A stretch of DNA of 17,605 bases from Promethearchaeota archaeon (GCA_019058015.1 JAHLWH010000106.1:1-17605); one strand, 5' to 3'. Shown: positions 1 to 7,618, numbered from the stretch's first letter. Translations and numbers: made by a program. The notes: generated from the letters alone by a model not told the origin.

Positions 1-324
1 ACCACAACCAGCCACACAGTGCGTAACTATTGCTTCTCCATTTGAGCCGTGTTTATCTGTGATTTCAATATATTTCAATATTTGTGATTCAGTTGGTAAT
101 CCATAATCCGGGATATTGATGTGATAATAACGAAAATTACCCGGGATATCGTTGCGATTATTAAATTCGCTGCAGTTAATAATTACCTTTATGCCTTCTT
201 TTTTATAAATTTGAAAAACTACTCTATCAGGCCACCAAGAAACAGCCATTTTCCCCTCGATTATCCAATTAAAAGGGTCTGCTCTGTGTTTATTCTCTTC
301 CACTGACCAATACCATGGTCGCAA
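1..324 (-). CDS. Dual-specificity/protein-tyrosine phosphatase (CX5R family, DUSP23/Tk-PTP-like), 3' end outside the window
   Basis: Not in the ORF track. Manual translation of the minus strand from TTG at 324 (immediately after an in-frame TAA; alternative starts GTG 303, ATG 249) gives MRPWYWSVEENKHRADPFNWIIEGKMAVSWWPDRVVFQIYKKEGIKVIINCSE...YYHINIPDYGLPTESQILKYIEITDKHGSNGEAIVTHCVAGCG. It shows the FxWI N-terminal motif, the 'GIKVIINC' strand, the general-acid loop 'IPDYG' and the P-loop HCxAGxG(R), cut by the window edge just before the expected Arg. Confidence 0.88.
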   Translation of the reverse strand, partial: MRPWYWSVEENKHRADPFNWIIEGKMAVSWWPDRVVFQIYKKEGIKVIINCSEFNNRNDIPGNFRYYHINIPDYGLPTESQILKYIEITDKHGSNGEAIVTHCVAGCG

Positions 325-453
325 TTAAACATCCAATCCTTATTAAGACTTTATATTTTAAAATATAAAAAATTATAATTAATAAAAATATTAAATTATA
401 TGAGAAATAAAATATTTTAATTTAAAAATTAAATTACGTGATACGAGCTTACA

Positions 454-900
454 TTGATGCAAAACAATAAAAAATGGACATTTAAAATTGATTGGTTTAA
501 GATAGTTCAAATGCTTTCATTGAATTCTATCGAACAAATACCAGAATATAAAAAAGAAAAGGCTTTATTAAAATTAGAAAAAGAATTTGGCTCAGAAAAC
601 CTAGCTGAAATGGATCCTGAGTATTTAGAAGAATTAATTGGCGTTGAACTTCGAAAATTAATGCAGAAAGAATTAATTGACATTAAAAAAAAGGAAAAAG
701 AACTTAGAAAGAAAAGTAGAATAATTCCTCTAAAACGTGGAGGTATAATTAAAATTGACGCCTCCGATTTTAAAGATCTGAAAAATATGGAAGGGGATAT
801 TCAGGATATGCTAAAAGGTTTTCTAGATAAATACTTCAATCAGGAAGATGATGAATCAGATCCTGGAGAAGACGAAGACTCTACTGGCTACTACATCTAA
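454..900 (+). CDS. Hypothetical protein with a charged helical core, acidic C-terminal tail and terminal HbYX-like motif (..STGYYI)
   Basis: 148-aa ORF (TTG 454 or ATG 457) with normal coding composition. It has a K/E-rich predicted helix/coiled coil (LRKLMQKELIDIKKKEKELRKK) and the tail QEDDESDPGEDEDSTGYYI. No family recognised. Confidence 0.8.
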   Translation: MMQNNKKWTFKIDWFKIVQMLSLNSIEQIPEYKKEKALLKLEKEFGSENLAEMDPEYLEELIGVELRKLMQKELIDIKKKEKELRKKSRIIPLKRGGIIKIDASDFKDLKNMEGDIQDMLKGFLDKYFNQEDDESDPGEDEDSTGYYI

Positions 901-946
901 ATTTTTAATTTACTATTTCTTTGAAATCTGTTTTTTTTAATATTTC

Positions 947-3001
947 ATGGATGTGGAAAAAAAAATATCCAAAAAAATTCGGTTCGGTACCTGTACAAAA
1001 GATTGTTATGGATCATGTGTATTTCTAGGAGAATGGAGTGATAATGCTCCAGAATATAAGCTTATTTCCGCGGTTCCATTGAAGAATCATCCCTTTACTC
1101 AGGGTTTTTTCTGTCAAAAATTAAATCGACGTCAAGATTTAATATATCACCCTAAAAGATTGAAAAAACCATTGATCCGGACTGAACCTAAGGGAAAAAA
1201 TAGCTTTAATAGTATCCATCTTAAAGAGGCATTAAATATTGTAGCAGAAAAATTAAAAGATGTTAAAAAAAAATACAGTTCCACCGCAATCTTAGCAGCA
1301 TATTTTGCTGGAAATTCTGGATTAATATCGATGTATTCTCCATTAAGATTTTTTGGGAAACTTGGAGCCACTGTTACAAGCGGGGGGATTTGCAATGAAG
1401 GGGGATGTGCAGGACTTTCTAAGTTATTCGGGACATATTCAACAACCAATCCTTTTCAATTAATTAATAAAAATGCCCGTTTAATTGTTGTATGGGGGAG
1501 CAATCTTTCTGAAACAAATATTCATGCATATTTATTAGTTAAGAAAGCCCTTAGAGATAACGCGATATTGGTGGTGGTAGATTCTCGCCGTACCCGGATT
1601 GCTGAAGATGCTCATATTTTCCTTCAACCTTATCCTGGAACTGAACATTTATTATCTAAATTAATACTTTATCAATTAATCACCCAATATGCATATGATG
1701 AAAGCTTTTTGAAAGAATATGTTGATGGATATAACTCTATAATCTCGGAAGCTATTCAAGTTGATGAAAAAAAAATATTATCACAAATAGGGGTTGATAG
1801 TCAAACTTTACATGATTTTATAAATTTATTAATAGAACTCAAACACCATACAATTTTTAATATTGGCTACGGGGTCCAAAAAGACTTTTACGGCGGCAGA
1901 ATAGTGAAAGCTATTACTTTAATTCAAATCTTACTCGGCAATTTCGGAAAACCAGGCACAGGCTTGATTTATTCCCAAAGTGATTTTAATAAAGCATTTC
2001 TTCGCCCCCTCTTGGATTATATTACTAAAATTACCCCTGAATCGCTAATAAAAAAAATACCTATAATTAAATTAGGTTCCGCATTAGATTCTGGTGATTA
2101 TAAAATGTTATTTATTTATAATTTTAACCCCGCCAGTTCATTACCCAATCAAAATCAAGTAAGAAAAGCTTTATCCCAAAATGATATATTCATAGTAATG
2201 CAAGATCAGTTTTTAAATGAAACCACAAAATATGCTGATATCGTAATTCCAGCTAAATTTGATGTGGAATCCCATGATTTAGTTTCCCCTTATTATATTC
2301 CTGGTTTATCAATAAACCAAGCGGGTCCCTGTCCTTATCCCGATTGTATGTCAAATTATGAATTCTTTCAAAAGTTGGCTTATAAAATTGGCTGGGAAAA
2401 TTCACCCACTTTTCAAGACACCGATGAATTAATTCTCCAAGGTTGTTTAAATTTACTCCCAATTAAGATTCGAGAAGATATAAGAATTAAGGGATATCAT
2501 ATTCTTTTTGAAAAAAACTATGTTCCATTTAAAAATTTGTACTTTCCTACTCCTAATGGCCGAATTCAAGCACATGGACCACATTTTGAATTCGGAAAGC
2601 AAGAATTAGAGAGAAGATTAAATCGCAATAAAAATGAATTCTTGTTAATTACACCTTCTCATGTTTATTTTCTGCATTCGCAATTAGGTCAAATTCATCC
2701 CCGGTATTTGGAAGTATTTCATAAAATATTTCTAAATCAAGACGATATAAATGCCCTAGATTTAAAAGTGGGTAATGAAGTGAAAGTTTCGAATGAATAT
2801 GGTAGTTCGAAATATATTATATCTGAATCGAAAGTTGTAAAACCAGGTGTAGCACTGATATTTTCAGGTACCCCTTTTCCATTTTCTGGAAATTCAAATG
2901 TGAATCTTTTTACACCCGACAGACCAGAAGAATTAGGACTTTCTGGGGCTTATAATTCTGCACTGATAAAAATTTATAAAATTATATCAAATAATAAGTA
3001 A
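947..3001 (+). CDS. Molybdopterin (bis-MGD) oxidoreductase, DMSO reductase superfamily, YoaE/YyaE-like uncharacterised subfamily
   Basis: N-terminal Fe4S4 motif CTKDCYGSC...FFCQK; 'HPKRLKKPLIR'; 'IVVWGSN'; 'VVVDSRRTRIAEDAHIFLQPYPGTE'; 'FLNETTKYADIVIPA'; 'FPTPNGRI'; C-terminal molybdopterin dinucleotide-binding domain (LLITPSHVYFLHSQ...GNEVKVSNEYG). No Tat signal. Confidence 0.9.
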   Translation: MDVEKKISKKIRFGTCTKDCYGSCVFLGEWSDNAPEYKLISAVPLKNHPFTQGFFCQKLNRRQDLIYHPKRLKKPLIRTEPKGKNSFNSIHLKEALNIVAEKLKDVKKKYSSTAILAAYFAGNSGLISMYSPLRFFGKLGATVTSGGICNEGGCAGLSKLFGTYSTTNPFQLINKNARLIVVWGSNLSETNIHAYLLVKKALRDNAILVVVDSRRTRIAEDAHIFLQPYPGTEHLLSKLILYQLITQYAYDESFLKEYVDGYNSIISEAIQVDEKKILSQIGVDSQTLHDFINLLIELKHHTIFNIGYGVQKDFYGGRIVKAITLIQILLGNFGKPGTGLIYSQSDFNKAFLRPLLDYITKITPESLIKKIPIIKLGSALDSGDYKMLFIYNFNPASSLPNQNQVRKALSQNDIFIVMQDQFLNETTKYADIVIPAKFDVESHDLVSPYYIPGLSINQAGPCPYPDCMSNYEFFQKLAYKIGWENSPTFQDTDELILQGCLNLLPIKIREDIRIKGYHILFEKNYVPFKNLYFPTPNGRIQAHGPHFEFGKQELERRLNRNKNEFLLITPSHVYFLHSQLGQIHPRYLEVFHKIFLNQDDINALDLKVGNEVKVSNEYGSSKYIISESKVVKPGVALIFSGTPFPFSGNSNVNLFTPDRPEELGLSGAYNSALIKIYKIISNNK

Positions 3002-3011
3002 AAAAAAAAAT
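3000..3011 (-). terminator. Oligo-T (T12 on the minus strand) archaeal terminator candidate for the flavodoxin gene
   Basis: A run of 12 A on the + strand about 13 nt past the flavodoxin stop, where the two convergent genes meet. Confidence 0.45.
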
Positions 3012-3023
3012 ATTTGTGAAAGA

Positions 3024-3539
3024 TTAACTATTTAGAATCTTATTCATGATTTCCTTTGCGAAAATGCGAGCATTTTCTACCTCTGACGCATCTGGATGAC
3101 CAACTGTTACGTGCCGCATCTTTCCAAATTCTTGAAATTTAGGATCATCCATTTTTAAAAGCATATCTGCCACTTGTTGAGCAAGTACTCCCTGACAATT
3201 GAAAAAACCAACCAAATCCGAATCATCTGCACTAGCTTTACATTTAGCTAAAAGTGGTTCAAGGAATGGTGCACCTGGAGGTGAAGCATGGGTAATAAAA
3301 AGCGCAATTTTTCTTCCTTTTGTTTTACTTTCAATGAATTTTTTCGCTTTATCTGGTTGTCCGCTTTGATGAATAGGAAAGCCAATAAAGACAAAGTTAT
3401 AATCATCCAAATCTTCAATTTCCGCCAAGGGTTTAATTTCCTTTTCTTCTGAGATTGTTTCATATATTGCTTCAGCAATCTTTTTAGTATTTCCCGTTAA
3501 AGACATATACGTAACTAAAATTTTCATTTTTTTCCCCAT
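3024..3539 (-). CDS. Flavodoxin-like protein
   Basis: FMN phosphate-binding loop 'YMSLTGNTKKIAEAI', followed by 'FIGFPIH', 'IALFITHA', 'FNCQG' and 'GHPD' near the C-terminus. Confidence 0.9.
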   Translation of the reverse strand: MGKKMKILVTYMSLTGNTKKIAEAIYETISEEKEIKPLAEIEDLDDYNFVFIGFPIHQSGQPDKAKKFIESKTKGRKIALFITHASPPGAPFLEPLLAKCKASADDSDLVGFFNCQGVLAQQVADMLLKMDDPKFQEFGKMRHVTVGHPDASEVENARIFAKEIMNKILNS

Positions 3540-3680
3540 CTAAACTATATTAATATTATTGGATCTATAATTGATATTTACTATTTTTTTAATAAATTTT
3601 ATTGAAAAGAAAAAAGCTTAAATTAAATTAGAATAAAAATATTAAAAAATAAAAAAAAAGAATATTTCTTTTTCTCCTTT

Positions 3681-4007
3681 CTAAGGCCATTCGAGATGCA
3701 CAATAAATCGCCTTGCCATTGCACGATAATATTTTTCCTTGATTCCATACTTGTTGATGACAACATGAGGCTCAGTAACCAATTTTTTAGCCCGCAAATC
3801 ATCCAAATGACGTTTTATAGTTCCTGGATTCATTTTCAGTTCTCTCCTCAAGTCCATAATGTTTTTCTCTTCGTACATTAAAGCTCGGAGAATTACTTGT
3901 TTCTTCTCATGAAAAAGTACAGAAACAACATCGGGATCCGAGATTTTTTTTTCAAGAAGTATTTCTTTTTTAAAATCAATCTGCAAGGATGGCTTCTTTT
4001 TATTCAT
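3681..4007 (-). CDS. ArsR/HTH_20-like winged helix-turn-helix transcriptional regulator
   Basis: HTH segment 'KQVILRALMYEEKNIMDLRRELKMNPGTIKRHLDDLRAKKLV' plus wing 'INKYGIKEKYYRA'. Its start overlaps the upstream gene's stop by 8 nt (ATGAATAA, 4000-4007). Confidence 0.85.
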   Translation of the reverse strand: MNKKKPSLQIDFKKEILLEKKISDPDVVSVLFHEKKQVILRALMYEEKNIMDLRRELKMNPGTIKRHLDDLRAKKLVTEPHVVINKYGIKEKYYRAMARRFIVHLEWP

Positions 4008-4908
4008 CTTTTTTATTATTCACCAATTTCAATGAGTTGTAAATACGGGTACTAATTAAAGTCAACATTGGAATCGCTAATAAAAAGCAAAATACCGTCT
4101 GTGCTAAAAATTTGAAAAAAGGAAACATGATTTGTGAATAAGATTCATAAAAGTTTAGGTACCACATCCATCCCTTTTCAATTGCTATGAATCTCATCGA
4201 TATTTCAAGTATATCTAAAACAATCCATGGAAAATCAAAAATCATGAAAAATAGAAAAAGGGAACTGAATATACGTTTAGAATTAAGACGTAATATTTGC
4301 CAATTCTCGTAAAAAGCATTTTTGATTCCTCCTTGATAATTTAAACTAGGAAAGTTTTCTATTAACACAGATACCCATAAATACATAAAAATTCTGATCA
4401 TTACATTATACAACACCAAATATAAAATAATATAAAATCCTTGACTTGTTGGGTCAAATACTTCATATACCGTAAATAAACCTACGATTAATGAACAAAT
4501 AAAAGTTCCAAGTAAGAGCAGTAATGACAGCAAAATGTATTGCCACCAATATTCCCTAAAATAGTGAAAAAATCCTCGAAGTTCGGTGAATTGATCTCCA
4601 CCCGACATGATATCGTAAGAAAGACCAAATGAGCTTCCAAAAAATATTAATATTAAAAACATTCCAATTAAACTCCGGATCTGATAAAATGTATAATTCC
4701 TATCTAACTCTATATTAAAATAAAAGCTGAGTGAGAATTCCCACGGATAAGTTAAAAAGAGAAAAACTAAAATACTAATTATTTGAGCTCCTAAAAATAC
4801 CTTAAAGTTGGACTTATACAATCTCCAACTTAATCTGATATCAACCAACGCCTCGTGTATATAACTCTGTTTTTTCGAACCTTTTTTATTCATTAGATTA
4901 AAAATCAC
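4000..4908 (-). CDS. Polytopic membrane protein (about 6 TM), DUF975/GPDPase-membrane-domain-like architecture
   Basis: Several hydrophobic segments. 'LRGFFHYFREYWWQYILLSLL' and 'IKNAFYENWQILRLNSKRIFSSLFL' resemble the amphipathic repeats of that clan. The real start may be ATG 4893. Confidence 0.75.
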   Translation of the reverse strand: MIFNLMNKKGSKKQSYIHEALVDIRLSWRLYKSNFKVFLGAQIISILVFLFLTYPWEFSLSFYFNIELDRNYTFYQIRSLIGMFLILIFFGSSFGLSYDIMSGGDQFTELRGFFHYFREYWWQYILLSLLLLLGTFICSLIVGLFTVYEVFDPTSQGFYIILYLVLYNVMIRIFMYLWVSVLIENFPSLNYQGGIKNAFYENWQILRLNSKRIFSSLFLFFMIFDFPWIVLDILEISMRFIAIEKGWMWYLNFYESYSQIMFPFFKFLAQTVFCFLLAIPMLTLISTRIYNSLKLVNNKKDE

Positions 4909-4964
4909 TTTTTTTATTAATTTATACGTTTAATATCTTTACAAAATTATAATTGATGCAGATC

Positions 4965-5039
4965 TTTTATTTTGCAGTTTCTGCAAAATAAAAATAGTAT
5001 CAAAAATATTTAAAGATTTGCATTTGCAAAAAAAGCAAA
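4965..5039. promoter_or_regulatory. Putative operator/promoter: two TTTGC-N7-GCAAA boxes flanking a minus-strand TATA box
   Basis: Perfect inverted repeat TTTTATTTTGCAG-ttt-CTGCAAAATAAAA (4965-4993); second box TTTGC-AAAAAAA-GCAAA (5023-5039); TTTAAATA on the minus strand at 5014-5007. Confidence 0.65.
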
Positions 5040-5241
5040 ATGAGAATTTTTCATTTATTTTTAACTTTAAAAGATATTAAAAAATGAAGTTTTCTCCTTT
5101 TCCAAAAACACTCAAAAACTATATGATTTACTACAAAGAAAAGGATACGATATAACGTCTCATAAACTTACTAACCTCTATTCTTCCGGATACCAGCCTT
5201 CTAATGATTAAAATAAAAATAAAATAAAAATTTTTTAAAAA

Positions 5242-6636
5242 TTATTTCTTTTTCTTCTTGCCTCGTTCAAGTTTCTGAATTATTACCTTCTCTGCATGTA
5301 TTTTGCAGTTTATAAGAGTTACCTTGAAACCACCAATTCCACCAGCTCCAGGAATCATCATCGTCTGTGTCCCCGCCGGAATCATTGCTCCTTCTTCTTC
5401 CCATTCTTCCTCCTCTTCTTCTTCCCAACGTTCGACAATCGGGTGGTTTTTCTCTCTGAGCCAGTCCCTTAATTTACTTAATTCATCAACTTCTTTCTCC
5501 GTTGCCATCAAATCGCGCCATTTCTCAGGTAAAAGGTCGTACATACGATCTTTTACGCTACTTACCATCCAAACACATCTTGAGAATCCCCCGTCGACCT
5601 GCTGAAACTTCGGTGAGGCTAAGTATTGTACCGATATGCCATTGAATCCTGGAAGCTGTTTTCCACCACCAGTTTGGTTTGCCATCGCGCTGAAGGGAAG
5701 TCCATTAATTGCGGGACCGTCGAATCCACGATCAACAATTCCAAATCCATCAACTTCGGGAATGTAGAAATATACCGCTTCAAAACAACCGCAACTCGTA
5801 TGCGGATTAGTCATCGAAGAATAGATCCAAATCCTATCGACTTCACCTAAAGACCTTTTTTTTAATGTTTCATTTACTCCCGTATATTCTCCGGCAAAAT
5901 CATCTAAACATTCGCCGGGTGGAATTTCGAAGATAGGTCCCTTCGGATCCACTTTCGCCGCAGCTCTTGCATCAAACCAACTGATTGAACCACATGAGCT
6001 GGTTCTATCTGGCGTTATGCAACAACAATGGCTCGGTGCGAACGACTGGCAGAGGACACAACCGTAAAACATATCAACATCCTCATCATGTAAGCCACGT
6101 GCTCGTTCGTCTCTTTGATCATAAATTTTCAATGCTTCTTCATGTGGTTTAACTATTGCATCCATCGTTGTGTAAAATGTCACTTGTGCTTGTTTTACAA
6201 TTGGTAGTTCAGCTTTATATAAACGGATGAGAATTGTTCCTAAAAACTTCAAGGAATTGAATCCATCCTGGTAAGCTTTTTTAGACAATCGCAACCAGTT
6301 TGTATATCTTTGATTGAGATGCATAATCCCATTAACGAAATTACAGAATTCATGTATTCTTCTTTCAAGAACGGCTTCAATATCTACCTCTAATTCTGGA
6401 CCAGCGGTTTCAACAAGAATTCCAATAGGATATGATTTTCCTTCTTCCATATCTGAAAGGTCGGGTCCAACTATTTTTACATCTCCATCTTTTATCTCTT
6501 TTGGCTCTTTAACTCTAACGAGTTCAAATTTCTTTTCAACTTTTGGACCTCCCAGTTCAACATACATTTGCTTAGCTCTAATTCTTTCACCTTCATATAC
6601 GGGTCCAACATCAACGGGTAAATCACTAAAACTCAT
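5242..6636 (-). CDS. cdhC: Acetyl-CoA decarbonylase/synthase (ACDS) complex beta subunit, acetyl-CoA synthase
   Basis: Archaeal N-terminus 'PVDVGPVYEGERIR...ELGGP'; 'ERRIHEFCNFVNGIMHLNQR'; A-cluster ligands 'FYGCVLCQSFAPSH...PDRTSSCGSISW' and 'PHTSCGCFE'; acidic linker and conserved C-terminal 'KVTLINCKIHAEKVII'. Confidence 0.97.
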   Translation of the reverse strand: MSFSDLPVDVGPVYEGERIRAKQMYVELGGPKVEKKFELVRVKEPKEIKDGDVKIVGPDLSDMEEGKSYPIGILVETAGPELEVDIEAVLERRIHEFCNFVNGIMHLNQRYTNWLRLSKKAYQDGFNSLKFLGTILIRLYKAELPIVKQAQVTFYTTMDAIVKPHEEALKIYDQRDERARGLHDEDVDMFYGCVLCQSFAPSHCCCITPDRTSSCGSISWFDARAAAKVDPKGPIFEIPPGECLDDFAGEYTGVNETLKKRSLGEVDRIWIYSSMTNPHTSCGCFEAVYFYIPEVDGFGIVDRGFDGPAINGLPFSAMANQTGGGKQLPGFNGISVQYLASPKFQQVDGGFSRCVWMVSSVKDRMYDLLPEKWRDLMATEKEVDELSKLRDWLREKNHPIVERWEEEEEEEWEEEGAMIPAGTQTMMIPGAGGIGGFKVTLINCKIHAEKVIIQKLERGKKKKK

Positions 6637-6640
6637 CTTT

Positions 6641-6654
6641 CTTTACCTCTTTTT
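6641..6654 (-). promoter_or_regulatory. Shine-Dalgarno region of cdhC (AAAAAGAGGTAAAG)
   Basis: GAGGT lies 8 nt upstream of the cdhC ATG. The identical 14-mer precedes the 11416..11715 gene (11721-11734). Confidence 0.7.
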
Positions 6655-6689
6655 ATTTTTTTCAATATAATGATTTTTAATTAATTAAT

Positions 6690-7220
6690 TTACAATTTTA
6701 CGGTTAATTTTTCTAAAAAATCTTTCCATTCTTCGTCGTTTAAATTAGCTAGGGAAAATCTCGCATTTGGATGGGAAAATTTATCTAAGTCAATTGTTCT
6801 TAAATAAGTAGTGAAATTTTTCAGATTACTTAAGGTTTGACTCACATAAAAAACGATATGTCCTCCAAAAATAGCCATGTCATATTGACCGTTACCATCA
6901 ATTCCTTTCCAGTTTGGGTCTGAGAGTCTTTGCGTGATATTGATTAGAGACATCATTGTAACTTTGTCCTTCCCGAGTTTTTCAGATACGTATTTATATG
7001 AATGTCCAGTAGCAACGACCGGTACATCTAATTTTTTAACAATTTCGATGAAGTAATCCGCGAGTTTTTTACCATCGAGTTCCCAAGTTAATGATTCTGC
7101 ACCAATTACGAAAAGCTTACGCTTTCCTTGCACTTTTAAAATATTCGCCATAGTCTCCGGTTCGAATACTGTAACCCCCATATCGGGGTTTATATTTGGT
7201 TTTTGATAGGGTTTAACCAT
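6690..7220 (-). CDS. cdhB: ACDS complex epsilon subunit (CO dehydrogenase small subunit)
   Basis: 'LSDPNWKGIDGNGQYDMAIFGGHIVFYVSQTLSNLKNF...LRTIDLDKFSHPNARFSLANL' matches the CdhB signature. It is 176 aa and directly upstream of cdhC. Confidence 0.93.
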   Translation of the reverse strand: MVKPYQKPNINPDMGVTVFEPETMANILKVQGKRKLFVIGAESLTWELDGKKLADYFIEIVKKLDVPVVATGHSYKYVSEKLGKDKVTMMSLINITQRLSDPNWKGIDGNGQYDMAIFGGHIVFYVSQTLSNLKNFTTYLRTIDLDKFSHPNARFSLANLNDEEWKDFLEKLTVKL

Positions 7221-7618
7221 TTTTGCATTATCTCAGTAAATCATTTAAAATATATCAAATCGATTGTTTAAAATCAATTGTCAATTGTTTAAAAAAATTG
7301 TTTTTATGCACATTAAAGACATCGAAATTTGAATTTTCAATATAAAGAATTAATTACATAGATCCTTTTTTCTTATAGTATTGGAATCCTTAGATAAAAC
7401 GGGAAAATTTAATTTCAATTGATTCAGCCAAATTTTCCTTTTAGATCTTTTTTTGTATTCATCTTATTAAATCGTTTTTAATCACTAGGGCTGATCTTTA
7501 TATACCTACTTTTATCTTTTATATAATAGGGTTAAATGAGAAAAAGAGTAATAAATCCAATTTCAATAAGGATTGGGAGGTCTAAAGAGAGAAAATAGAG
7601 AAAGTATATTCTGAGGAT

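Noticed and set aside
59-150. Short direct repeats (ATTTCAATAT x2; CCGGGATAT x2)
   Set aside because: They lie inside the phosphatase CDS (ILKYIEI; DIPG/NIPD), are too short, and lack CRISPR-like spacing.
121-306. 61-aa + strand ORF from the track
   Set aside because: Antisense shadow of the minus-strand phosphatase, which has clear catalytic motifs.
1147-2462. Minus-strand ORFs 1147..1449 and 2253..2462
   Set aside because: Shadows of the molybdopterin oxidoreductase with no motifs.
3248-3881. ORFs 3248..3478 (-) and 3696..3881 (+)
   Set aside because: Alternative-frame or antisense overlaps of the flavodoxin and wHTH genes.
5080-5215. Slightly GC-richer patch downstream of cdhC, considered as an sRNA, SECIS or small ORF
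   Set aside because: Only very short ORFs, no convincing stem, and no UGA-containing gene nearby to need a SECIS.
5303-6670. + strand ORFs 5303..5605, 5626..5850 and 6314..6670, and the TTC/TCC run near 5390-5425
   Set aside because: Antisense to cdhC. The poly-Ser and trinucleotide run mirror the poly-Glu linker usual in archaeal CdhC.
7320-7500. Possible cdhA remnant or small ORF upstream of cdhB
   Set aside because: The minus-strand frames are interrupted by stops and show no CODH-like sequence.
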